DNA of 63,993 nt, filler included, from Basidiobolus ranarum (taxonomy: Eukaryota), in NCBI GenBank assembly GCA_040143965.1. It is 8 parts of 8 records of this genome, joined end to end, with 100 filler letters (N's around TTAATTAATTAA, not from the genome) between each part and the next. Parts side by side here need not be neighbours in the genome. Positions count along the whole stretch, not along the records: positions 32,187 to 40,120 come from JASJQH010007922.1; positions 40,221 to 48,136 come from JASJQH010007923.1; positions 48,237 to 56,148 come from JASJQH010007924.1; 5 more parts are not named here. One strand, given 5' to 3'. The position numbers and the translations under genes are program-made. The notes beneath the pieces are model-generated. The model was not told the DNA's origin, did no database searches, and saw nothing but the letters and a program-made list of their open reading frames with translations. Positions 39,901 through 52,314 of this stretch are shown here, in pieces (positions within the stretch are counted from its first letter, which is position 1; every line of letters starts with the position of its first letter).

Positions 39901-40582
39901 GTTGTTACATTTGCGGCACTCAGATTATGCTTCAGACTCTAAATACCAAATTAAAATTGCTCGATGGTCGGGACAACTTGAGAGGATTTACCGTATTGCA
40001 AGGAATGACTCTATAAGTAAGGTTAAATTTTAAGTGACTTAAACTTTATAGCGGGAACGAAGATAATCCACCAAAACCTGTTTTCACTGTGGGATCCGAT
40101 TACAAATGGCCAAATATGGCNNNNNNNNNNNNNNNNNNNNNNNNNNNNNNNNNNNNNNNNNNNNTTAATTAATTAANNNNNNNNNNNNNNNNNNNNNNNN
40201 NNNNNNNNNNNNNNNNNNNNGTGAGTAGAATCAATTTATGTTTCATGGGCGAGGCTAAATATGGTATATTCATTTTGAACAATAACTCTGGCCCAGTGCG
40301 AACAGGTTTTGTCCAGATGTACAGGAATATGATTTTGGATGTTTTAGTTACACGACAGAATCAACATGGGCTGAACGAAAAATGGAGCTACAAACCAGCT
40401 CCAGCGATAAATATAGTAAAACAACTTTATACAATGCTTGAAGCTGTTTCTTTTAAAAGGCTATACACCCGCTCTCCAAGCGTTGTCTTTTGCGCTTGGC
40501 CTATTTACATCTTAATCCCTCCTATTAATCCTTTTCCGAATATACATTTCCGAGATCTCAGCGTTTCTTTAGCTAATTTCAG

Positions 40583-41386
40583 ATGACTCTTCTTAAGAAC
40601 TGGGGCTGGCTTATTGCTCTTCACCTTTTTGTTCTATTGCTAACTCCGGTATATGGACAGAATGTCTCTAACTCTAGTATGCCATGTGAATATAAACCAG
40701 GCGCCAATACTAAAAACTCTTGCAAAGATGACAACTACACTTGCAGCGAGAACAAACAATGTGTCAAGAAGACTTGTAAATATGACTTGAACGATATCAA
40801 ATCCAAAGATTTACCGCTTTGTCCTGATGACCAATACTGTCCTTTTGATCAAGTACAATGCTTACCAAAGGGTGCCATTGGCGCCACTTGCTCTTTGACA
40901 CGAAGTGATTCGCCTTGTTTGGGTGACTCCACCATTATGTGTTTTCTTCAAGTCTGTAGTTCTAGGAATGCTACCCTTGGTAGCGTTTGCCAAATCGATC
41001 CAAGTTACAAGTCACCAACTGACAATTGCGTGCCCAATACTTGGTGCTCCAATAATATTTGTGTGGAAACATTTGCTCTTGGAGAAAGTTGCAACTATGC
41101 TCAGCAATGCCAGTCAACGCATTGTCTTGAGGGGCAATGCCAGGTGGGTGAGGAGCAGGAGCTCTATCATTCACTTCCAGTTTGGGTATACATTGTGATT
41201 GGTGTGGTTTGTGCAGTAGCAATCCTATCTTGTGGCTTGTTTATCTACTTCCGCCGTAGACGCCGGGTGAAAAACTACAAGCAGATGTTAAACTTGTCTA
41301 TGACTACTCTAAATCAATATGACAACAATAGAGACTCTAATCCCTCGTATGCATCACCAGCACCCGAGAATGCTATTCGTCAGTGA
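40583..41386 (+). CDS. Cys-rich type I membrane protein, intronless
   Basis: Signal peptide, dense repeated Cys modules (LGESCNYAQQCQSTHCLEGQC), TM VWVYIVIGVVCAVAILSCGLFIYF, RRRRR stop-transfer. Confidence 0.85.
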   Translation: MTLLKNWGWLIALHLFVLLLTPVYGQNVSNSSMPCEYKPGANTKNSCKDDNYTCSENKQCVKKTCKYDLNDIKSKDLPLCPDDQYCPFDQVQCLPKGAIGATCSLTRSDSPCLGDSTIMCFLQVCSSRNATLGSVCQIDPSYKSPTDNCVPNTWCSNNICVETFALGESCNYAQQCQSTHCLEGQCQVGEEQELYHSLPVWVYIVIGVVCAVAILSCGLFIYFRRRRRVKNYKQMLNLSMTTLNQYDNNRDSNPSYASPAPENAIRQ

Positions 41387-43802
41387 TGTAATGAGAATTT
41401 AGTTCTTTTGGTGACTCGAATGGAGACATTGGCCTCGCATTCCCAAACGGTTGGAAATCCATCCATCGCTACGTTCATACTACTGTATTATTTGCTTTTC
41501 CTATGCATATTGTCACTTTTTATCTCATTTTTTGAACATTCCATCCGACTTCTTGATATATGTTATTCATTCCCAAAACCTCACTGTATTCCCCTACTCT
41601 TTATTAAAACATGATTAGACTGTAAAGTTCGTGGTAGTTTCGTAATGACTATGGACATGGTTCTTGGAGCGTTTCATCGATGTATGCGATGGAGGTAATG
41701 CATCATTTCTCAAAGTTTCCAATGGATGGCTTTCACATTATTAACGCATTTAACCGATGTGAACGCATATTTATTGTTCTTGATCTCGTCTCTGTCAGGA
41801 CATTCAAATTGCGAATTACTCATCGAGTATTCTCAGACCAGTAGGGTAGAATCTCCCATCGGCTCATCTTTTGTATGACATAAGATTTATTGACAGCCAT
41901 TCGCTTCTGATCCTAGTAATTAGACTATTCTATATTTACTTATAAAAGTAATGCAGAATACTAGGTCCTTGTTTAATTTATTATTCTCGATTACAGTATT
42001 TGTACACCCTATGATATTCTTCCCATTGACGGGGTTTAAAGGTTTAAATTCTACCACGAATTCATTGATCTAACTGGAAGCAATGGGGTTGGTTTGATGA
42101 TAGCAAATCCTTCAGATATCACGCCATAATCGCCACACCATTTCGACAGATATGGTACGATCTGCTTTCAAACTCCCCTTAAATTGAGAGTGCAGACATG
42201 GCTGCCCCGTATTTACTCTAGGTGATGTGAGGGTGAATGTGAGGCAATTACCCATTGTGAAAGATTCACGTCGCAGAACTGTAGTACTCGACTTCCCCAA
42301 TAGTGAACAACATCGCAGAGTAACCAAAGCACTGGAATGGCATTAAGAATAAACTTTTACCCAGTAAACGAAGATTACTAATTTGCTCCCGTGGTTTACA
42401 AATTATGTCAAGTGATTATGAGTGTTTTCGCAATTGGTACTCAGAGTGCCTCATTTCCCAGCTACTCATAGGTTTACGTACTATTTTAGGTAGAGCTAAT
42501 ATCTATTGAAACCACCCAGATCGTATTTTACATATGCTTAATAAAACATGTGAGGGTTAACTAACTAACCCTACAGTGAAACTATCTTAAGACACGGATT
42601 CTTATCTCGTACCCTAAATTTCACCCCTTATCGGTGCAGTAGAACAAAGGCCACGATACTATGTAGCATTGCTGCTCTGCATGCCGTAGGAATGGTCAAG
42701 TTTCAAGGATTCATTGGCTGAATACTGCCATGATGAATAAGTGGTGACGTTTGAATACTGTAACACAAACATACTATCACCGAGATGATTTATGGACTTT
42801 TATCCTCTTTGAGGCACAAGGTCAATTTCGTGTCCATTTCATTATATTATTGAAGATCATTTATTTGTAAGCCATCTACTATGTCATAAGGGAAATAGTA
42901 CAAAACACCACCTGTTAGCATAGCTGGTGATGTTTGATATGGCGAGGGTAATCTTTAGAACCTTGTTCGCCTCATCTATCCGATTTACTCAGATCTCCAG
43001 CTTAGAACCTGTAGTGGTGTTCATCAAATGTGGTTAATCTAACACGCTGACAAGTTTACTGCGGCCCTACTCCGCGAATTTCAGTCAATCAGATTATTAT
43101 GAACAATATGCAAATAAATACCATGGTATCTCTTGAGTCTGAGGAAGAAACCGACTGCCTAAGGCTTTGTGTGGAGTGAAGCTTACTGAAATCCACCTAT
43201 AATGTACCAGGAATCCCAATCGGCTAAACAAGAGATCGTGATGTTCCTACTTTCAAGAAAGTGAGAAACGTCATACCCTAACAAGCCCTGTAAGCTTATC
43301 TCTGCACTTATGTTGACTACTCCTTTCACAATTGTTAATCACCATGTACTCACGAAGCAACTGACTAGGTGTTGGGCAATACCCTACCATTGTACTGCAT
43401 TAATTCGATTGAGATTACTTGAGCAATAATTGTTGACAAATATAGATTGCATATTGGAGATTCGTTTGGTAGCACAGATTGTGGAATTTTTGGATGAGTA
43501 ATTCCTCTCTCCTTAAAAATTATGGCGCAATTGTTGCTGTATTCACCTCAGACTTGATCCAAGTTTTCATCATACATGACGCGAAGGCCTGTTGACAATT
43601 TCCCAGTCGATATAGATATAAATGCCTCTGTCTCTGCCTCCAGGTTTGTTGTTCTTATCCACTTCCCTCCTTCAAAAGCGTGACTTTTCCTTCATTTCCG
43701 ACTCGACAAATCATTTTGTCTGAACGAGAGAGATTTCCCTTGTCTCTTATAAATAGTGTTAATTCTAGCAATTCCTCATAGCCATAGAGATTGATCTTAG
43801 AT

Positions 43803-45883
43803 ATGGAAAGCAGCACTGACAGTATCTCGAGGAACATCTGGACCCAAACCAAGAGAGTAATTCCTATCCTTTCTTGGGGACCGAAGTATAACTGGAATTG
43901 GTTCACTTTTGATCTGATTGCCGGGCTAACGGTAGGGTTTATGTTGGTTCCTCAGGTAAGTTTCGTCCAATTTGAATCTGTGTAGGATTACTAGAGATTG
44001 ATGGTTCTATTTAGTCTTTAGCATATGCTAAGCTTGCCACACTTCCTGTGGAGTACGGACTGTATTCTTCCTTTGTCGGTGTTATGCTATACAGTTTCTT
44101 TGGAACCAGTAAGGATATCTCCGTCGGCCCCACCGCTGTTCTATGCTTGTTAGTGGGCTCTGTTATCGGAACTGTTTCTGAGAATGGAGCATACAACCCT
44201 GTTACTGTTGCGGTTGCCCTGTGTTTTCTGGGTGGTTTGGTTACTCTTGTTATGGGACTACTTCGTCTTGGAATTATTCTCGATTTCATTCCAAACTCAG
44301 TCATTGCGGGGTTTACGTCTGGTGCTGCAGCTACTATTGTTCTGGGTCAGGTGAAGAATTTATTGGGAGTTCCAAACGTTAATGGGAACGATCCTAGTTA
44401 TGTGATATTACTAAACTTAGTGAAGAACTTGATGAATGCTAGCTGGACAGACAGCTTCATCGGATTATCCTCCATTCTCATTCTTGTCATATTTCTTATC
44501 ATTCGAAAAAAGTTGGGCCAGCGAAGCCTGGGCTGGGATATCTTCGGCACTGCTGGAAATGCATTTTGCGTTGTTCTGTTCACGTTCATTTCATACTTGA
44601 TTAATTGTAATCGTGGAGCAGATCATGCATTTAGCATTGTTGGAGATGTTCCTGGAGGGTTTCCACCAGTAAGAGCGCCTGAAATTAGTATGCAACTTCT
44701 CTCGGATATATGTTTTGCCGCGGTACCAGTCACCGTGATCACCATACTGGAGCACGTGGCTATCTGCAAAGCTTTTGCTCGCAAGAATGGTTACCAAGTT
44801 GATCCTTCTCAAGAGTTGTTCTCTCTTGGGATATGTAATATTGCGGCTTCCTTCTTTACCGCCATGCCATCTACTGGCTCATTTTCGAGGTCCGCTGTCA
44901 AGTCTCGATCTGGCGTTCGAACCCCGTTTGGAGGCATCTGGCCTGGGATGATAGTGATTGCAGCATTATTCTTCCTAACTCGGTTATTCTTTTGGATTCC
45001 TGAGGCTACTTTCGCTGCTGTGATTATGATTAATGCGGGATCATTGATTTCTGGTTGGGAGTTCTTTTACCAACTTTATAAGGTGCAGCCATGGGACTTT
45101 GTTAATAGTATCTTAGCGTTGTTGAGTACATTCTTCTTTGGTACTGAATGGGGCATCACCATAGCGGTCGGATTTGCCCTTCTACTGTTGCTGTATCGTA
45201 TAAGCAGACCTGAAACGCATGTATTGGAAAGACAGTATGGTACCTCGAATTACATAGTGCCCTCAACTAACCAACGTACGATCCCACCACCAGCAGGGAT
45301 TGTGGTATTCAGATTGCAAGAATCACTCACTTTTCCTAATGTGGCTTATGTTAAAGAGAAATTACTCGATGCGGTCTATGAGCGAACACGTTCCGGAGAA
45401 CAAATCGATTCAAAGAATGAAAGAAGTTGGTCGGACGACCTTGAACAAAGAATCATCAATTTAAGACTTGAACATTTTGGTGAATTGGCAAACATGAATG
45501 AATATCCACTGTTACGTGCAGTCATTTTTGATTTTGGTGCCGTGAATAATGTTGACTCCACCGGCTTACAAGGGTTAATTGATCTCAAGGCAGAGTTAAC
45601 TAAGTATTCGGGCGAAACTTGGGATGCTTTCAACAACAAGGGCTTCGAGTTTCATTTTGTCTCTGTTCATAATAACGTGCAACGCGCATTGGAACATTCG
45701 GGACTTACTACACCTATAACTCTTTTATCTCCTTCTGAAAGCCACCCTAAGGCCTATCATCAGAAAGAACCTGATGTTCACACACCGCTGCTTAAAGAAC
45801 AAAAGTACTTACATTTTAATATTCAAGATGCTGTGAACTCAGTAGAACGCTTCTTCTCTCTGAAAGAGCATCCTCGTATGTGA
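43803..45883 (+). CDS. SulP/SLC26 sulfate/anion transporter with STAS domain; intron 43956-44014
   Basis: DLIAGLTVGFMLVPQ|SLAYAKLA.LPVEYGLYSSF, FFGTSKDISVGP, GFTSGAA, TGSFSRSAV, STAS IFDFGAVNNVDSTGLQGL. Confidence 0.95.
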
Positions 45884-47136
45884 TATCGCTTCTATCTTGA
45901 TACGACTGTAAATTGATGGGATAGAAATTCATCAAGATTTCTTCTATCTTCTCCCTCTATTGCATATTCTATTCCTGTTGTCTTTCTTTCTATGACTATT
46001 GGAGATTTTTTGTCTTGACCTTATCCACTTCTTAGGAATTTACCCTTGGGCTTTCTCGCAAGCTTTCCCTACAACATTCAAAAGATTCGTCTGATATTGA
46101 TCTAGAATATCGACGATCTTTTATGCCATGACCTTTCTGTCATAGAGAGGCGATAATCATGTACATATAATACAATGTACTCTAAATATATAGATTCATA
46201 ATCAGTATGCAAAAATGTCTCTTTGCCTACTCATATCTGTACTTTGTCACTAATTCGGGTTTTATACATAACAACATTCACTCTACTACTACCTCTAAAT
46301 ACGTCTAATCGTTGTTGCTAGAATCCAAGTATATATCATATACTCTTGCAATATGATACATAGTTTAGAATTGACTTGGTTAAACCCATGTGTTTATTGA
46401 AGTCCCTTTATTTTACCAATAGAAATGGCTTTTTGATACTGTCTGATCTATTGATGTCGTCATTAGTATACATAGTCTTAAGCTAACGGAAGTCTTCCAA
46501 AGAAGGTTTGAAATTCAACCAGTGGTAGTTAAAACATAGCATAAAATTCAATATAGAAAATGTCGCTCACTCCTCGGAGACCATTCGTATGTTTTCATTA
46601 CTAGCCCATTCTAACAAATACTGATAATTCATTCATCTAAATATACTTGAAAACGATGGTCAAACGAAAGTATTGTATTTACTGTCAACTACGACCACAG
46701 CCAAATAGACACCGTCCATTAATTGGGTTGATTTAGGGGGAGGGGTTGGATAGATCTACGGTAGTTGTGGGTATTCGCCACCAAGAATTGGAGTACCTCA
46801 AATGAACTCACTATGGGATTGAATGTTCATGATGGCTAGATGGTTCATTGAGGAAATTACCGAAACTTTTTTTACTATGATGAGGAGGTAGGCTCTACGA
46901 TTAGAAGGGGATGGAGATGAAGTATGCTATGCACACTCACACAATGATTTTGATAGTTGAGATATTCCTCGATTTGTGCAAAAGATTGGAGAATAATAAG
47001 ATCCTAATTTCAATTGCTTACAAATAGTTGGTTTTACTCCGCTAGAATTGTAGAAATGACAGAAAGAAAGAAAATGGAAAGTAGAGAAATGATAGTGGCT
47101 AAGTGAGGGTTGTGATAGTGAATTTCGAGATCAATT

Positions 47137-48136
47137 TCATTCGTTTTCATCCATAAATTTCCTGGCTTTTTCGTAAATAACATAACTAATACTCACTGCT
47201 GGTATCACCTGTAAAAACGTAAGTATGTAATCCTTTCAAATAGTATATATCAATGAATCTTTTACTTTTATCAACGTTGGCATTAATCCTCGATAGAATC
47301 CAGAAATCCCTTCACGTCCATACGTTCGCTTGACTACGTCGAAAACACCATCATAGGTGTACGGATGACCTGGTGTACCTTGTGCCATTAGCCTGACAAA
47401 ATGTAGAGCGGTTGAATTTACAGTTGCATACTAAGCTATACAATATATGTTGATAGAGGCACACTACCTAGTACGGATCAAATTTAGCGGATATACAGAG
47501 GTAGCGCCGACGGTACCACTAATCGTTCCACATCCGAGCAAAGCCAATACACTGGGAGTCTCGTCCTTGTTTTTAGTGGTGGATTGTAGGTATTTTGTGT
47601 ATGTAACTCTTAAAGTTTCAAATAAGCCCATATCAATCGCTGCATACGGCATCACTCCAATCAAGGCCGGGGTTAATCCTTTGTAAAAGGAGGTGAGACC
47701 TCCTTGCTTCCACATATTCTTTGCTGTGGATTTGAGAACACCCTTGATGGGGATTTTAGAGATGCCTGCGGAGCTCATGATTCGGGTCTTTAAGACCTCC
47801 ACTGGATAGATCGAGAACTGACTAGTCAATCCAGCCACTCCGCCAGCAATAAATCTAATAGCAATACTTTGCTGAGCTTCCTCGTCACCATGCCAATACA
47901 TACCCAATTGCTTTTTAGTTTTATCATAAGTGTAGAATTTGATGGCTGATTCGGGTACGATTTTTGCAACATTCAATCCGTTCCCTCTGAAGAAGCTTAA
48001 AATACCACCGGCTTTATAGATTTGACCCATCACATTGGTCATAGTTAGAGTGGCTGACTTTAGTCGGTGGTAAATAACATGGAGAAACCCCCTTTTTGAA
48101 TAGCTCGCGTCGGTCAATTTTTTACCTACGCTTGGT
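47137..48136 (-). CDS. Mitochondrial carrier, Sal1/SCaMC ATP-Mg/Pi type, 5' truncated
   Basis: FFRGNGLNVAKIVPESAIKF, RFIAGGVAG, YPVEVLKTR, GVMPYAAID, YPLNLIRTR|LMAQGTPGHP, KVIPAVSISYVIYE. Confidence 0.9.
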
Positions 48137-49398
48137 NNNNNNNNNNNNNNNNNNNNNNNNNNNNNNNNNNNNNNNNNNNNTTAATTAATTAANNNNNNNN
48201 NNNNNNNNNNNNNNNNNNNNNNNNNNNNNNNNNNNNCAAGTTACTTGTTAGTATACCTATGGCGAGGAAAACTCGAATTCCCAAATACAGCAGAGCTATT
48301 TGTGGCTGAGGAACAGGATATCTCTTCTACAACTTGATATAAAATATCCTGCTATGATGCGTCTCCAATTTCTCCTAGTACTGATACTTTCCTGAACTGC
48401 CACTTTTACTTGCAATTCCGGTATATTTTGTACTTGCCTTATAATATGCCTCTTGTACTGTTGTGTTTCCGGCATTAGTATATGAGTATTTTATTTTTGA
48501 AATATCAAAATTCTTGGGTCGCCACTCAAACATTATGATGGGATTTTTTAATGACACTCTTTTTACGGCATTTCACAGCTTAGAAACTCAGTACACGTGT
48601 ACAGGTTTTCTTCATGTTTGGAAGTTGGTTGGGTTCATATACTTCTCACTTACCCGCAGCCCAAGATATAAAATTCAATAAGTTTATTCGTATGCTTTCC
48701 ATGGCTAGTTGTTCTCGAGATTTTTGCAAGAGGAAATAACAAAGTGAGAAAATCACGGCCTTCGAGTATGTGTAACTAGAGTAATAATGCTTTACATTCA
48801 AGTGGCCATTTCTGCCTCGTAGTGCCAACATACTGGTAGGAGCGTAAAAATAGTTCAACTAGAGAGTCTGTAAAATTAACAAGAGTATTTGGATTTGAAT
48901 AGGTTATTGAGATTAAGCAATTATATTATGCATCGTGCGTAGTGGCATGTACCGTAATAGCCATCGATGCATCTATAGTCAGAAGCACCATTCTTTTAGT
49001 GGCACAATCATTACCGACGCCACTCTGGTTGTACAATATATAATAATAAGCAAGCACCATGGGTGCCAGCCTATCAGAAAGCCCGAATGTAATCAACAAT
49101 TGGACAAGTTTGGTTATGAGAGGACAGAACTAAGTCTGAGCTAAAAAAACCGAGAAGTACCAGGTTCTTGGCAATACTGAGGGCTAAGACGAGCTTCCAT
49201 GTATTTACTACTTCCTATCAGTGTCAATCATCGAGTTAGAGGCAGAAAGGGGGTTATGCGAAGGATCGTGTCCCTTTCAAATATCCCCTTCGAACAATTA
49301 AGCATGATGTATCACTTTACACTCAATTATGTTTTATTTAGCAACCTTATACTTGCGTCACCAACAAAATCTGGTAGCTCAGACCCAGCAAACTTGTT

Positions 49399-50490
49399 TT
49401 AAAAATATCTAACCCACACACTTGGCTCTACATAGACACCCAGATCTTTAGCTGGAAAATATTTGACTGGGACCAACCCACCTGGTATCACAACATCAAT
49501 ACTAGTTTCTGCATTCTTTTTTTCCGTCGTACCAATACTAGCTTCAAAATCCACTCCTGTCCATTCCTCCCATTCCTTCTTAGGGGCTTTGATGGTAGTG
49601 CTCTCCGTAGCAATCTTAACAATTCTTCCGCCTAATCCCACATGTTTACGAATCCATGGGTCCCAAGGTTGCTTTCCAGTAGTTCGATCGTTGAATGCAA
49701 GAATATCACCCGATGATGCTTCCTCCTCAACCGAACCTTTAGCCTTGGCGCAATACTCTTGGAAGTCCATCTTTATAAACTTCTCGCTAACAGCTTTTCC
49801 TGTTGGCCGTACTGGTAATACAAAAGCGCTAAAACCCGAGTCTAAAGCTGCAGTTTTCATTGTAAGTAGCAGTTCTGACGCGAGATCTTTCCCCAAATTT
49901 TTGAATCGATAAGAAGGATCTACCGAGACAGCTAAAGCACAAAGAGCATTAGGCTTCGGGCCTTTATAACCAGTTACCTTGGTGGACTGCTGAAGTTCAA
50001 CTCCTGAGTGGAGCACAAGGTCCCAGCCTAAATCGGGAAGACTATTGTCATCGTTAGGAGTAGACCAGTGGAATGGAATGGAGCTTCCTAGAGCTATAAC
50101 TTTTTCTTTAGCTTCCCCAGGAACTGCTGAATTTGTCACCGATTCTTCATTAGTAATTGCCATGAATTGCCATTTCAGTAGCGAAGTCTCTTCAAAAAGA
50201 TGCTGGACATTTTTGTTATATTCAGTAAGAAAACGAGGCCAACCAGTATTAGTCGGGTGGGTAGGTGAGTCGAGGGCTTCTAGGAGATCAGGGCGAGAGG
50301 CACAACTTATAATAGTAATTAAAGGGGGAGTTTTCGAGGATGAGACAGACGATGATAAAAGAAGACAGTTGTTATGAAAGGCCCTCGAAGAAACGACCTC
50401 ACTTCGAGAAAGTAAATTAAACGTAGAAAAACTTGGCGGAAATTGAGGCTTGCGTCTCGGGAATATTAACGAGCGAGACCGAGAAAACAT
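49399..50490 (-). CDS. Bacterial-type GNAT-fold protein with N-terminal mitochondrial-like presequence, intronless
   Basis: LPDLGWDLVL, PNALCALAVSVDPSYR, VLPVRPTGK, DPWIRKHVGLGGRIVKIATES, EWEEWTG, PGGLVPV, GVYVEPSVWVRY. N-terminal ~50 aa is R/S/F/L-rich and almost free of acidic residues. Confidence 0.8.
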   Translation of the reverse strand: MFSRSRSLIFPRRKPQFPPSFSTFNLLSRSEVVSSRAFHNNCLLLSSSVSSSKTPPLITIISCASRPDLLEALDSPTHPTNTGWPRFLTEYNKNVQHLFEETSLLKWQFMAITNEESVTNSAVPGEAKEKVIALGSSIPFHWSTPNDDNSLPDLGWDLVLHSGVELQQSTKVTGYKGPKPNALCALAVSVDPSYRFKNLGKDLASELLLTMKTAALDSGFSAFVLPVRPTGKAVSEKFIKMDFQEYCAKAKGSVEEEASSGDILAFNDRTTGKQPWDPWIRKHVGLGGRIVKIATESTTIKAPKKEWEEWTGVDFEASIGTTEKKNAETSIDVVIPGGLVPVKYFPAKDLGVYVEPSVWVRYF

Positions 50491-51872
50491 AGCAGTAGTT
50501 TGAATGAAATCCCTAGGGATGGCGTCAGTATAATTGGACTTTCATAAAGTGGATCATAGTTGGGTTATATGGGAATTACAATTTTGAATGTCATGGATTC
50601 AGGCTGACGATTAGTGGTGCAAAATTCCGCAATGGATTTGGTCAAATGAAATCATTCCATTTTTAGATAAGCAAACAATTTCTATCCCAGGTGGCTAATT
50701 TGGCTCAATTCGTTAACGGTGGACTATATGGTAACTCCACTTCTCATTAATACAATTACCAAATTAATATGAATTCCAGCGGATCATAACCCTAATCCAA
50801 AATCTTAAGCCATGAGTAGCCGATGCCTTGATTTCATGACTCAAATAGAAGACTCAGATTCAACGGTGCTAATGATTGGCATTTCGTTAATGACTTTCTG
50901 ATATGAGCAATATAATTCGAAGTTGCCTTGTACATGGGTGGCAACTATCTGGTCATCCACTGTTTACTGCCATTCTAGACTTGCTAGATCCCGATAGCAG
51001 ATTCCTACAGTACCATGACATACTTGCCTGTACGCTATCAAATGTACATAGAGATTATACCTAGTCTTAAATACCAGCAATACTCAGTCTCCGCTTGCAC
51101 ATCATATCTTAGAGTTCACAATCTACTGTACTTACTATGCATCCTCTGGAAGCAAAGTTTAAGTTATTTTTACCCTCAATACTTTGAACCGCTCCAATGT
51201 CACTAACAGCTCATCCACACATGAAAGATACAACAGTCACTGACTTGTGCTGAGAAATCCTGCACGGTTAATATCCTAACACACATTAATAGCAAGGAAT
51301 GCTATATCAGTCCAAGTTAATTAACGCCTATACTCAAACTGACATTGCTAAGTATGGTTCATTTAAAGCGCATTTATACTACTCGATTTACTAGACGGAC
51401 ACCATATTCTAGTAAATCCAGAAAAGGTCATTATGCTGCTGGTGACATGCCACGTGATCAGAAGAAATTTTAGTACATTAGAATCGAGATCATGGATATT
51501 AAAACGTGGAGGTAAACAAGACATTGACAGGTGTGGCAGGTGTAAACTACTGCTCATCTAATGTTTTCTATAGATTTCAGCAACGGATTCGATCGTCCAT
51601 CCACCTAGGTGACACTAGTAGACCTAATAAATCTTGATTGATGTGGCTCCGGAAATTGTACTAGATTTATCATTTAACTACTAACTTCTCAACATTATTG
51701 ATATTTAAATATTGAATGGATGGCCATCTGACGCACTATTAGTTGTAGTAATACCAAGGGGAATCATATTTTTTGTAGAGGAACATCAACCGCGGTTCAT
51801 TTGGAATACTTCCATTGCACAGAATGTGGACATCAAATAGAAAAATTCATTATTCATTGTAGTGGGCAAAAT

Positions 51873-52314
51873 TTACGCCTTTTCGGCAAAAACGGTTTGA
51901 TGTTTATCGCAGCCAGCTAGCACACCAGTGCCTGCAACCGCACAAAGAATATTAGTACCAGCCCTCTTGAAAAGGAATTTATACCCTTCTTGATTATTTC
52001 GTTGAAACATTGGAGAGAAGAGGTGTATTTGACAGCTTCACTAGAGATCATCACCATTCTTCTACGAACAGTATCGATAGGGTAGCCAGCAAGACCTGCA
52101 CCGATGGTGATACCCCAACCCAATACGAAGGAGGCGAGGAATGAGTCCTTAAGGTCTCCGACGAGGAGAGCTGGCTTCAAGGAATCGTACATACCGAAGT
52201 ATAAACCGCAATAGACGATGATTCCAACGCAAGAGAGATTGAATCCTGCGTACAACCAGTGATTCCATCAGATTGGTATGTTTTATGGTAGATATTGACG
52301 AGACCATTGAATTG
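51873..52314 (-). pseudogene. ADP/ATP carrier (AAC) pseudogene fragment, C-terminal half only
   Basis: [45 protein letters not shown] (degenerate RRRMMM), [16 protein letters not shown], separated by frameshifts; no N-terminal half. Confidence 0.88.

Noticed and set aside
48237-48870. Coding-like minus-strand fragments
   Set aside because: Multiple stops and no recognisable family; could be a relic but not supportable.
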